Assembly (NCBI GenBank): GCA_029953675.1
Contig: JAMWBK010000008.1
Location: 1,488,001-1,552,000 of the forward strand
DNA: 64,000 nt
From: Rhodosorus marinus CCMP1338
Lineage: Eukaryota; Plantae; Rhodophyta
Reading direction: 5' to 3'
The notes under the pieces: generated by a model
Told to the model about the DNA's origin: nothing
The model's database searches: none
What the model saw: the letters and a program-made list of their open reading frames with translations, nothing else
Position numbers and translations under genes: made by a program
In this document: piece after piece, positions 1 through 11,863 of the stretch
Layout of the letters: each line of letters starts with the position of its first letter
How positions within the stretch are numbered: the stretch's first letter is position 1

Positions 1-13
1 TTGCGTTTTCTGT

Positions 14-1440
14 GTGTTAGAGCGACCAGCTCCCGCCTTTGGTATATGGCTGAACTTCAAAGCGTTCCTGAATAGCGATCAACCATGGGCTGGAAAGGGG
101 CATGTGATTGCGCAGTATCAAGTCCAAGTAAAAGATGGCAGCCCTGCTGGAGACCTGTTAACGAAACAGGCTTCAACAGGTATTCGGCGGAGGCTCTCAG
201 CGACTGTGAAGCGGCTGAACGTTGTTAGAGATGAGTCGGTGATGGTTGCCAGTGCTGGCGAGCTCTCCATAAGATGTGACTCCTCGGCAGGAAGAGTGGA
301 GAAGATATCCTACGGTGGAAGAGACCTGGTCGGGCGGGCGAGCCTGTGCCTTTTCCGCGCCCCCACGGACAATGACAAGTGCGGAGGTGTAGAGCCGTTT
401 GACCTGGCAAAAAAGATTCGCTCTGTTCTCCCAGGGGGTTTCTTTTATCCCACTGGCATGGTTTCTTCCATGCGTTCTATGGGCTTCCTTCATAGACACA
501 ACGAGTACTCCTGGATGTGGGATCAGGCGGGACTGGTCTCTCCGAGGTGAGTTCAGACATGACCAAGTATCACGGTTGCCACAGCTTCGCGATCGCTCAC
601 AGAGTTGACGGGCCTTTGTACAAAAGCGAGGATTTGGTGGACACGAGCATCTCGGTAGCGGAGGAGGAGTTTGTCCAAATGACAAGTTTATTCTCGTACG
701 GGAAGATTGGAAGGGGCCGGGTAGTGACTCGAATGTTCACTGACGGAATTGTGGCCATGGACTACGAAGTGACCCTGTCGCCAGACCTCCCTACATTGCC
801 CCGGGTTGGACTCCAGGTGAAGATCCCGGCAGAGTTCGACCAGGTTGAGGTAATGGGTATGGGGCCTTACGAGAACTACGTCGATAGACTAGAGGCCTCG
901 TCTATTGGCTTATGGAAATCTACAGTGGACGATCGATACGTCCCATACATATTCCCGTCAGAAAACGGTGGTGCTGAGCAAGTCCGATACCTCGCGCTGC
1001 GGAACAAAGACGGAGCAGGATTTCTAGTGACGCCGAGCAGGAACGAGAAGGATTTCCACGCGTCAGTTTCGAGGTATTCACCCGGGGAACTTGCTGGTGC
1101 GATGCATCAGGAGGAGGTTGTTTCAGAGGATCCGAGCCACATTTACTTGCACCTCGACCACCTTCATATGGGAGTAGGCGGAGAAAACAGTTGGGTGCCG
1201 CATGTGCCCGACCAGTACCTGGTCAAACCCGGAAGGTACACAGTGCCGCTCTCGTATATGATCATCGCAGCTCGCGTGTCTCTAACCATTCTGTCCTTTC
1301 CGGTTGTTTCGGGGTTGTGTGTTCCATGCCAGGTTCCGATTTGGATTCGTGTTCTCTCCCCTCAAACGCGGTCAGAAGACTGTAGAGATCGCCGCGGCGA
1401 CTTATTCAATTGTGTCGAAAATCTGATTAAGTTGTTTTAG
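14..1440 (+). CDS. C-terminal part of a GH2 (LacZ-type) beta-galactosidase (beta-gal small-chain domain); gene begins before the window
   Basis: Motifs FRAPTDND, LPRVGLQ, GMGPYENYVDR, YIFPSENG, LHLDHLHMGVGGENSW. Intron 547-602 (GTGAGT..GCTCAC..AG) joins ORF 14-550 to the frame of ORF 517-1440. A further in-frame intron near 1243-1333 is likely. Confidence 0.9.
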
Positions 1441-2431
1441 AACGAAACCTGTCTTCGCCGGTCTCCGCGCAGCTCTTCGAAACGGAGCGTCGCTCAGAGC
1501 ATCGGTTGGAGACATCTAACTAGGCGAACCGTGTTTCGGCACCGAGCAACGAGTGACCAGGAAAGCCTAGGAATAGCTTCCTGACAGTGCCAGCGTGGAT
1601 GGCGCCGGCAACCGCCATGAAGAAAGCAACGTCGAATCCAATTGCTATTAGCTGTCGAGAAGCCAGTTTGACTGGACCTCAAATATTGAGAGCGAGAGAG
1701 GAATTAGAGCGTCTTACTGACGTGAGCATATTTTCATAAGGCGGATTCGAGAAGTGCAGGATAGAAAACGCCCCAGCTGCAATAGATAGCTGCTCAGGGG
1801 ACAAGACCCACATGAACAGTGTGGCTCCATTCTTGTGCGTACTTTAATTATAGAGCTAGAGTGCTAAGCATGCATCAACTGGTTGGACGATGGCTCTTCA
1901 CAACTTGACCTTACATCACTCTCCGTCCGAGTACTAGAAGAAAAAAAGCTCCCGGACTACGGCCAACGCTAAAAAGCCTACAGATCCAACTGGCTATGAT
2001 TCTCAACACGAGGACAGGAAGAATTACGTATAGGCTCGTATCCTACGCATTCACACGAAAGGATCCAGCCGAACGAATACAACTGCCACACTCACGCAAG
2101 CCCGGTAAGCAAGGCCAAGGTGTGGAAGTGAACTTGTTCCCCACCCGAAAACACCCTAAACAGTCTCCTAGGACACGTGTACAGAAATAATTTGTTTCTC
2201 AAGAACCGCCCGTTCGGTTGGGAGCAAATCGTTCACCATACAATTGGACAAATATCCACCTGACAACACAAAAACTCAAAAATAAAATCACACGATATCA
2301 CATTCTCCATACTTCATTGGATTAAATCTCAAAAATCAACACGCGGCAAAAACTAATTCCTCCATCGAATGACTTATCCCCAATTATATTCTAAACAATT
2401 AATCGGCTACCAAACAAAAAAAAAATTCCTA

Positions 2432-2808
2432 AACATCGACCCACCCCTGAGAAAAAAATATCCACTCCTATGATCGTCATCACCCATTTATACAATAATA
2501 CATTCATAAATTACTTAATACGATCTAATTAATAGGACAACTATATCACATAACGGCATTTTAAGCAATATATAAAGAAGGGTAATAATTATCTAATGAT
2601 TTAGTTTTAATTTTGGACTCCTGAACATTGACCCACCCCTATGAAAAAGTATCCTCTCCTATAATCGTCACCACCCTTTTATACAATAATACATTCATAA
2701 ATTACTTAATACGATCTAATTAATAGGACAACTATATCACATAACGGCATTTTAAGCAATATATAAAGAAGGGTAATAATTATCTAATGATTTAGTTTTA
2801 ATTTTGGA
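2432..2808. repeat. Tandem duplication of a ~191-bp AT-rich unit (2 copies)
   Basis: The TACAATAATACATTCATAAA...TTTTGGA block recurs at 2491-2617 and 2682-2808 (period 191). The 5' CCACCCCT parts are slightly diverged. Confidence 0.95.
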
Positions 2809-3118
2809 AACTTTTTCAACGGAAAAATTGACATTTTTCCGGTCGGCCGTGGATGACGTTGAGATACTTGTAAACCAGGATTTGGGAGAATGGGATGAAG
2901 GCGATTTAGTATTTTGGGGGGATTGGGGTGGAGAGGAGGAAGGGGGGTTGGGGAGGAAGGGAGGAGGAGGGAGTGAATTGTAGTGTTTGTTTGTTGTAGG
3001 TAATTGAAGTGTTTAGAATAAGGACTGAAGGATTGTTAAACCGAAGAGGTTTTAATTTATGAATTGAAGGAGTTTTGTTTTTTTTTGGGGTGGGGGAGGG
3101 GGCGGTTTGCGGGGACGG

Positions 3119-4857
3119 ATGGAGGGTTGTTTTGTTTTGAGTGGGGCGAAGATCCGGTCGTTGAAGGGTGGAAAGAGGTCGGTACATTCATCTAAGCGAT
3201 CTGGGTGTCGTGTTATGAGGATGGTTGTTGAGGAGAGAGCATCGATTGCTAGCGGGAATGTACCGCTTGAGGAGGCAGACCCTGAGGTTTACGAGCTTGT
3301 GCAGGAGGAGAAGCGTCGTCAGTGGAGAGGTTTGGAGCTGATCGCGTCGGAGAATTTTACGTCAAGAGCGGTCCTAGATACGCTCGGATCGGTGTTCACG
3401 AACAAGTACTCTGAGGGGTATCCGGGCGCACGCTATTACGGTGGAAACGAGGTGGTTGACAAGGTTGAACGGCTGTGTCAACAGAGGGCGCTTGAGGCGT
3501 TTGATTTGGACCCGAACGAGTGGGGAGTAAACGTTCAGCCCTACTCGGGATCGCCGGCGAATTTCGCAGCGTATACGGCGCTTCTCAACCCCCACGACAG
3601 AATCATGGGACTGGATCTTCCCTCAGGCGGCCATCTTACGCATGGATTTTATACTCCAAAGAAGCGAGTGTCTGCGACTTCCATCTACTTTGAGTCGCTG
3701 CCGTACAGAGTGGACAACGAAACGGGGCTAATTGATTATGACAGGCTCGAGGAACAGGCGAAGCTGTTCCTCCCCAAGCTGATCATTGCTGGCGGGAGCG
3801 CTTACCCGAGAGAGTGGGAGTACGCCAGGTATCGTGATATCTGCGACTCAATTGGCGCGTACCTGCTTGTGGACATGGCACATATATCCGGACTGGTGGC
3901 GGCAAAAGAATGCCGCTCTCCGTTCGAGTACGCGGATGTCGTGACGTCGACAACGCACAAGTCACTCCGGGGACCACGATCCGGTTTGATCTTCTTCAGG
4001 AAGAAACCAATCTGCCCAGCTGGTAGGCTTGACATGACAAAAGAAATGTTTCTTGTAGGGGACCTCTCTGATGCCCCTTCCTCCGCTGAAGTAGACCCCG
4101 TTTTGATTCGTAAATTTCGCTTTTGGTCACTCTAGGCGCAGAAATCGATATTGAGTCCGCGATCAACCAGGCTGTATTCCCGTCACTTCAGGGAGGCCCA
4201 CATAATCACCAGATAGCTGCGCTTACGGTTCAGCTCAAGGAAGTTGCGACTCCCGAATTTAAGACTTATATCCAGCAGGTGAAGAAGAACGCGGTTGCGC
4301 TCGCGGATCAGCTGCAAAAGAACGGCCTCAAGCTCGTCACTGACGGCACTGAAAACCACCTGGTCATGGTGGACCTGAGAACCAAGGGCTTCACCGGAGG
4401 CAAAGCTCAGAGCTTATGTGACGAAATCTCGATTACGCTCAACAAGAACGCTGTTCATGGGGACAAATCCGCAATGAATCCCGGTAAGTTAGGCTTCAAT
4501 GGCATACGAGCAGGCACGTGGCCATGCTCGGTTGCAGGGCTAAAGCTCCGAACCCCTGCTGGCCTAGTGTACACAATCTGATCGCGTTTTACCATGTCCG
4601 CAGGTGGCGTTCGAATCGGATCTCCCGCACTGACTTCGAGAGGTTTCAAGGAGGACGATTTCCGGCAGGTTGCCGATTTCATCTCCCGAGGTGTGGACAT
4701 CGGCCTGCGGATTCAAGAGGTCTCTGGGAAGAAACTCAAGGACTTTGAAAGTGCAATGGTGGGCAATGAGGAGCTCGCCGCTCTGCGGGAAGAGGTGGAA
4801 GCATTTGCGAGCGGCTTCGACATGCCGGGTTTTGACGTGGCAGAGATGAAAAAGTAG
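3119..4857 (+). CDS. SHMT: Serine hydroxymethyltransferase with N-terminal, probably plastid, transit peptide; 3 exons
   Basis: [35 protein letters not shown] (PLP lysine), [19 protein letters not shown]. Introns 4023-4135 and 4484-4603 restore the frame. Confidence 0.97.
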
Positions 4858-5310
4858 ATTGACTAACGTACGAGCCTCTGATAGAGCTTTGCCATATATG
4901 CCTATAGGAAGGCATCATAAACATGTGATCTTGTAAAGAACGATTCCCTTAGACAGCTACTGCCTTGCTGTTGACGACCTGTTCGCGGCCAGCGACGTGA
5001 GCTGCAGGGAAAATGGCTAATCGACATTTGGAGGGTTTGCAAATGTTAACCACATCTTTCGAGCGCAGGAAAAGAGTGGAAACGTGAGGATAATCTTCGC
5101 GCTTTTGCACTTCTTCTTCCTTTCTCGCTCTCTTTTATATCGCCTATGAACACAATGGTGAAACAGGAACCGTCCACCGCGGATGGGCGTTCTCGATTCC
5201 TATACAAAAAAAATTATTAACAAAGGAAAATACCCAAAAAAACAACAAACCAAATCTAGAAAGAACAGAGCAAACAAATCGCCGTTTGGACAATGCTCTT
5301 GACCGCGAGC

Positions 5311-5973
5311 CTAGCTGACAACGACTTGGAACTTTTCGGCGTGTTCGAGCACGGACTGGGATGGTTCGGCATCGAGGCTCCTCGGTCTGACTTTTTCTTC
5401 CATTTTTCTCGGAACTCTTCTCGCGGATGGCTTGCAGTAGAGGAAATCTTGCTCCGTAGGTGCTGCGAGCGCTCTGGCTTTTCCAATCAGGACTGTTTCA
5501 GCCTCGATCATCTCACCGATGTCCACGCAGACGTCGAACTGGAGCCGTAGGAGGAGGTCGGTCTCGAGTCTATTCAGCTCACCGAGAGGTAGACCCCCGA
5601 TCCTTGCAAAGTAGGCATTGTCGTAGTGGATATCCTCATTCATTTTCACCGCAAGCATGACGGTCGCCAGCACAATCCGATGCACGTTTTGAGAGCTGGG
5701 AACCATACACTTGTACGACCGTGCCAACCTCAAAATGTACGCGAACGCGACTGAAAAACACGCCGGGGAACAGCTCGAGTACTTCACCACCCTACTCACA
5801 TAGTTGCGCAGACTTATCGGCGGAGCACGCTTTGCATGAAACAAAGACTCAGCCTCCCATCTGTCCGAACAACGGTCAGACTGTTGCACCCACGCACAAA
5901 GACCAGCCGTCAACACCATCTCAAAGGCGTCCGAAGTGTGCAAGTACCCACTACTCCAATTCAACACATCCAT
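5311..5973 (-). CDS. PHO80/U(P)-type cyclin, single exon
   Basis: FHAKRAPPISLRNYVSRVVKYSSCSPACF; NVHRIVLATVMLAVK..DIHYDNAYFARIGG...LNRLE..LL..L.F. Confidence 0.93.
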   Translation of the reverse strand: MDVLNWSSGYLHTSDAFEMVLTAGLCAWVQQSDRCSDRWEAESLFHAKRAPPISLRNYVSRVVKYSSCSPACFSVAFAYILRLARSYKCMVPSSQNVHRIVLATVMLAVKMNEDIHYDNAYFARIGGLPLGELNRLETDLLLRLQFDVCVDIGEMIEAETVLIGKARALAAPTEQDFLYCKPSARRVPRKMEEKVRPRSLDAEPSQSVLEHAEKFQVVVS

Positions 5974-8439
5974 TCCTACAACCGTCTCTCAAAAACTTTC
6001 TATCAAACAAATACCTCTTCTCATCCTATTCACCCCCTCTCCCATGTTCACTCCACCACAAACCACCCAAGTCCCTTATCCCACTTCCAACCACCCCACC
6101 CCTTTCCCTCTTCTCAACCTCAAATACCGTACCCCCTCTCCCTCTTCTCAACCTCCAATACCCCACCCCAGACACCTACCCTCTTCTCTCCAACCTTCCA
6201 TCGAACTCACCCGCTCCCTCTCCCGCATCGAACTCATTCACTTACCCCTCCCACCACCACCACCACCACCCCCCAAAAAAAAAAAAAACTCTACTAAAAA
6301 AATTTTACCATTCCCTACCAAAACCCGTCTCAACACAGTTTAGCCAAATTCTCCTGATTAATTTTGCGAACAAAAAATCCTACCAAACAATTCCAAAAGC
6401 AAAGACAAACAAAAAAATCCAACCCATTCCTCCCCTCCTTCCCCCTCCCTCAGTTTTTCCTGTTCCTTCCCTAACCCCTTAGTCTTTTCAAAACAAATTT
6501 GTCCAAAAACAACAAATATCTTTGTAATGCTTCGAATATTCTATAATCAAACGAAATTAGATTCATCCAAATTCTTTTCAACACCCCTTCCAAAAACACT
6601 AGAAAAATAGTGGTAGGTATTATATTATTTAAAAAACGAATACATGTAAATTTAAATATATAATATTTTTGTTATATGACGGGCATGGAAATAATTTAGC
6701 CGTTTTGGAGAGGATAGTTTGGATTGCCATAAAATGTCTGATAAGATCTGTCCGATAAAAGTGGCTTGTACCACATATTATTGAATTAAAGAATATATTG
6801 TAATGTGTATGAGTGAAAATCGTTTAGTATCCTGTCTGATATATAAGACAGGTTTTCTGAGCGAGTTTCATCCATATACGCAAAAAAGCTTCGCTTATTC
6901 TATAATTTATGTACTAAGAAATAAAATCGTACGAAACTGGACAACCCTACTAAAAAGTCTTTATTTTAGAAAGTTTTTCTCTAAATACTTTTTTTTTTGT
7001 AAACTGGACGACTTAACGGTTTTCCGGTCCGGGTGGTCCAACGGTGCGCGAAACGAAAAACGAAAGTTTTAACAGTTTGTTTTTCGTTAGCATTACTGTT
7101 TCGATTTAAATTTTGTATTTTTTTGTCAATATTCTGAAGGACTTTTTTGTTTAGATGAAAAATAACGAATAGAAGAGGAAATGATTGGATAGGTTGGTCG
7201 TGCCCCTGGGAATGTGTTTTGGAATGCAAAAAATGAAGGCGCAGTGAAAAGCAGATAGTAAAGTTTGGGGGGTATTTTAAAGAGGGTAAGCGGAATAATG
7301 TACGTTTTTGAAGGACGTTTGGAATTGGAATCATTTCCAAGGGAGGTGACGAATTCATTCATTGGATGTTTGGTTTTGCAAGAGAGGAGAGGGGGGAGTA
7401 GATTATTTTTGGAGGCCGCTTTCCCAATAAGGACGTTAGTTATTATTTTCATTTTTGCATATTTGTGGGTAGAAGTCAATTAAACAGGAGTTTAGGGAGG
7501 GTGAGATTTGGAGATACTTCTCGACATTGGATAAGCCACTGCGGCTTTTCACACCCAATTAAAAATTATTATTACAGAATTTTTGATATCCTACTGCAAT
7601 GTGTGCTGTCCAAGTACTATATGGACTTGAACGACTTTGCGCTTCACCCACGGGGGTATAGGATTGCATTAAAATTCGTAGTCGGGGAAAATCACTACAA
7701 AAGCATCTATTTTGAGGAATTGCAATCCCAGGAATTTGGGGGGGGGGTTTCAGATAGTCACGTGGAGCCGGTGACTACACTATTCTAGGATAGCTGATTC
7801 CTTAACATGTCCAATTCATAGGTCGTGCTTTCATACTACGATCGAATCTGTATTTATCTAACTTTGTAGAGTATTTTTAAGATCCAGCTGTTGGCGAGAA
7901 TTCCAGTATTGAGAACTATCCCCCTGTTTTTGGCGAACTTATAACATTGACTCACGGGCTTCTCACTAGCTAGCCCCCTCTTTTCGGAACTCGGCACCTA
8001 CTGACACTACTGATTTTTACTGTCTCTATCGTGAGCGATCAAGAAGAAGCATCAATATTTCACAAATATTGTGTGGATCATACTGTATACTATTAAGATA
8101 TTCGTGATACTATCCACAACACATGTGCGGACCACCCGATTGTCGGTATTTTCACCCGCTGGTTCGGGCAATGTTCTTATTATAGACCGACTGTTCCCCA
8201 TCCGTACCCAGAAATAGCCTGGCTCACGGACAATTTGGCACGACAAAAGAAGGGAGAAACTTTTGTCGTCAACCGGTTGTGCAGAAAAGAGAATTCAAAT
8301 ATCGTATATCCATTAAATACCCTAAAATTTATAAATTTTAACCTCTATCTTGCAATTTACTTTTACGCATAGCGCTATTACGGTATAGGTGTTTTTTTCT
8401 CTACTGCCTCACCCTCTTCTGGAACCATAAATTGTCTTT

Positions 8440-11000
8440 TTTTTTTTAAAACCGGGGTTTGTTAATCAACGATCGGGCACTGGCGCTTTTGGGTAGCCCT
8501 TGTATTTCATTCCATAATCGCATCTGCCTCCATACCTGTAAGCAAGCGCCGAGTACGTAGTGACGAGTTCTGTTGGCACGCCTTGATAGGGATCGTAGGT
8601 TTTTGGAACCCTTCTCGGCCTCGATTGTAATCGCCTGTGTCTCGGAAAAATGGGAGTGAAGTCCATGTTCTGCTTTTGATTCTTGCCGGGGGAGGTGCTG
8701 GATATCTTGGCAATCTGAATCGACGGATTCATTTCCCCCTGTGGTGTTCATGATGTGCCAGGTTGCACTTGGATACATACCTAGGGTTTTCGCAGAACGG
8801 AGACCGACTTTTAGGGAGGAGACCCTTCCGCGACCTTTTGTTGCGTTTAGTCTTTGTACAAGCTGGGTATCCGTGCCCACTAGTTCGTTTGGCATCCAAG
8901 GGGGCTTAAGTGGGACACTGTTCCCTGAGCCGTATGCTGCGCAGTCAAGAAAGATTGTCTCTACTTCCAAGCGTTCTGCAAGACTAGATACCTCCTCTGT
9001 TAGAAACGTCAGATTCGTTTGTGAGAATATCAGAGGGCAAGCCTAATCGGAGTGCAGTACGTTTCTAGCATAGACAGGGTAGCAAATGGTATCGAGAGAA
9101 GAACTGTCATGGGGAAAAAAAGTTTCCCAGGTATCTTTTAGCGGCGAAAGCGTAGCTCAATGATGTTACCGCGTGGTACCGCGTGGTAACTCGAAAGCAA
9201 AGGGCTAGGGTCGATGTCTATTTTTTCAGTTCAGTGAATAGGCGGAACCCCACTCGAGGCTTGTTCCGCACGTGAACCGCCGCGTAGGGGTCTCGTTCTA
9301 CTGTACTCAAGGAAATTAGGGGTGATCAGCACGATCCTTCTCGATTGCTATTTGGACAAGTCTGCCCATAGGGAAGTAGGCCCTGGAGATCCTGCAGGCA
9401 GCGGCGATTCATTGTGGCAATAAAAGCAGAAGCGAAGTCGCCTACAACATGTAACCACTGCAAGAAAAAAAGGATGAAATGAATGGTATATATTGTATAC
9501 GACTACCTTGGCCTACGCGCTTATTGATTAACATCACTCAAGACGATCTTTACGGTACGCGAGTACAGCCCAGTCTGGGTGTGCCCGCTTTTCGTTGCTG
9601 CTAGAAGGTGCTGCGGGTGCTTGGTTGCGTGAGTGTTGCCGTGACCGCCCTTGTGCTCTTTCCAGACTGCGTGCTTCTTTGAGTCTGACTCTCTGGCGCT
9701 GTAATGCTGCCTGAGCTCTGGAGGTGCGCTCTGTGGGCTTTCCTAGCGTACCACATTCCGTGACCTTAGCCTCCGATTCAACAGATCTGTCAGTTCTTAT
9801 CCCCGTTTCATGAAACCATGCTGATGGAGTAGGTCTCGGCGATCTCACTATCAGGGTGCAAACCCTAGCCTGCTTCAGCCGTTGGCTGGCGGTAGGGCGC
9901 TCGTACACAATTGGACTAGTTCGAGCTATATTGACAAACTAAACGACGCATGTACGTCGATCAACCTGCGGACGACCGAGGCGTTCGACCGCTGATGCAC
10001 TCTACGCACCAGCTCCGCGAACAACTGATCGAAGCCAGCCCAATCAAAAAGCAGCCGTGCACGAAGGAGACTGGCACCTGTCCACCACATCACGGAATGC
10101 AATTCCCTTGGCAGCCCACAGGAAGACGTGAATCCGGATGCCCGTCATCAGGGTCTCCCATTACGCTCCTCAGCGCAGGTAGGCTCTGAATAAACTCATC
10201 GGATAACTGACTACCCGTCATGCCCAGCTCCTATCCAAGCGCTTCCACCTACAGGCGTTCGAAGAATTGGTGGCCAACCCGCTAATCAGTGAGACGTTAC
10301 GATTGTGTCTTCCCTCCTTAACCGGATCTAGCTCGGGGAGTTCCTGACGAGACACCCGCGAGTGTGATCACCGACCAACTCAACCTCAGCCCTCGCCAGT
10401 TGCTGGGACTCCCCTTTGTGGGGTACGGATCCTTCGTACATGTACTATTTTACTCGACCTCAAGGTACCCAACGCCACCACCACTTGCACCAGTTCTTCA
10501 GGACGCTGGACTCCGAGACATCTCCTGCTCCGCGATACTCTGGCCACGCAGGTTCAGATAAATGGTGACTGAAAATGATCATAAACCCACTGCCTACTAC
10601 CTAGGCAGCCACCCTCCTTCCTGACGTTCTATCTCGACAGCCCTGGACTGGGAAAGAAACAGAACTGATGTGGAGGCTTGGCCATTATTGCAAAAGATGT
10701 ACTTCTCTAGAGCGTCCTGGGAGACCGGGTACGCGGCTCACAAGGCCGAAAAAAGAAAGTCAACTAGTCAATCAGCTCCTGAGAGGTGTCAAGTTGTACC
10801 TACAGAACCCTTCAACGCAAGCAAAGCGAGGTACGGGCGACGTTGAATCAGAACAAGTCGAACGGAAATACACTCCTTGTCGCACAGGCTCGTTAAACAG
10901 ATGAACAGAACTTTGCATTAGTACCAAGGATAGCACGTAGCCACCTAACCCACCAGGGTTTCCTCAACGCGCGTCGATAGATTCCTTATCTCCACAAAGG
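8440..11000. other. Degenerate, unassignable coding-like tract, possibly a non-LTR retroelement relic
   Basis: Many short broken ORFs. A frameshifted C-T-K-E-T-G-T-V-H-H-I-T-E-C near 10055-10105 loosely resembles the LINE C-terminal zinc motif. No RT core motif found. Confidence 0.2.
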
Positions 11001-11074
11001 AGTCCTTTAGTAAAGCGTTTTTATGGCTACGATCTCAGCGACCTGTAGGGATCGTGCCTGCTGGTTGGAGAAGT

Positions 11075-11160
11075 CGATTGATCACCGCGGTGAGTAATTG
11101 AAGAGGGTGGATTGATCCCCGCGTTGAAGTATTGGAGAGGTGGATTGATCACCACATTGG
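11075..11160 (+). repeat. ~33-34 bp tandem repeat (about 2.5 units; GATTGATC(A/C)CC core) upstream of the small ORF
   Basis: GATTGATCACCGCGGTGAGTAATTGAAGAGGGTG / GATTGATCCCCGCGTTGAAGTATTGGAGAGGTG / GATTGATCACCAC. Confidence 0.8.
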
Positions 11161-11235
11161 CGTGATTTAAAGCAGACGAGGACGGTCATTGATCTTGAGG
11201 AAATTGTTGGTAGTTGTGGTTGTTTGCTGGGGCTT

Positions 11236-11385
11236 ATGGCGCTTCGAAGCACACTTGGGGCGTTTCTTGCTGGTTGTGTGGTAAGCAACGCCCTTGGTTA
11301 CTTTTTCTTACACCAGGATGTGGTTCAGGCGAATGGAGCGGTGAACGAGTCAGTTAAGGTTTTGGCGGAAAAGGTGGGGAGCTGA
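11236..11385 (+). CDS. 49-aa single-membrane-span micropeptide (MALRSTLGAFLAGCVVSNALGYFFLHQDVVQANGAVNESVKVLAEKVGS)
   Basis: ATG 11236 to TGA 11385, below the ORF-track cut-off. Hydrophobic segment followed by a short amphipathic helix. G/T-rich leader; convergent with NMD3. Confidence 0.7.
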   Translation: MALRSTLGAFLAGCVVSNALGYFFLHQDVVQANGAVNESVKVLAEKVGS

Positions 11386-11863
11386 GTGCCTAGTCTCATC
11401 CGTTTTGTTCCTGCCATCGAGGGAAAGATCTGATTGTCTTTTTTGTTTTATTTCCCTGACCATCGCAATGCTTTCTTCCCCGTTGGATTTGGATAGGTGA
11501 GAACTGGAGAGGAATTGGAAAAGCGGATATCTATCTTGGAAGAAACTGTGAAGGAGATGCAAGGTGCCAAGTAACGGTCTCTGGAAAGCCTATCGTCAAC
11601 CACTTGATTTAATATAGTGTGGGGGGAGGGGGCGACGACAAAATACCGGCTAATGCCCTCAACTATGACAACCACGCGAAAAGCCCTGGATATCTTCTGG
11701 GCGCTCGTTTCAACAGCTTAACGGAGCCCTTCGCAGAACTCCCCCGCAATAGTACAATAGCCGGTCCCTCGTACAACGAATTTAGTAAAAGCAAATATTA
11801 GCACCGGTCACGGGTTTTCTAAAAACCCTGCAAAAACTTGAAAAGCGGAAGGGACAATAGACC

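Noticed and set aside
5721-6482. Pro/His/Thr-rich ORFs (also 2906-3187, 27004-27240, 27722-28096, 46176-46625, 57281-57649)
   Set aside because: Artefacts of the C/A-rich antisense side of skewed leaders or real genes.
8446-8970. Resemblance of QRLNATKGRGRV to the UmuC/DinB C-terminal motif
   Set aside because: Short, no other Y-family polymerase motifs nearby, and the context is degenerate.
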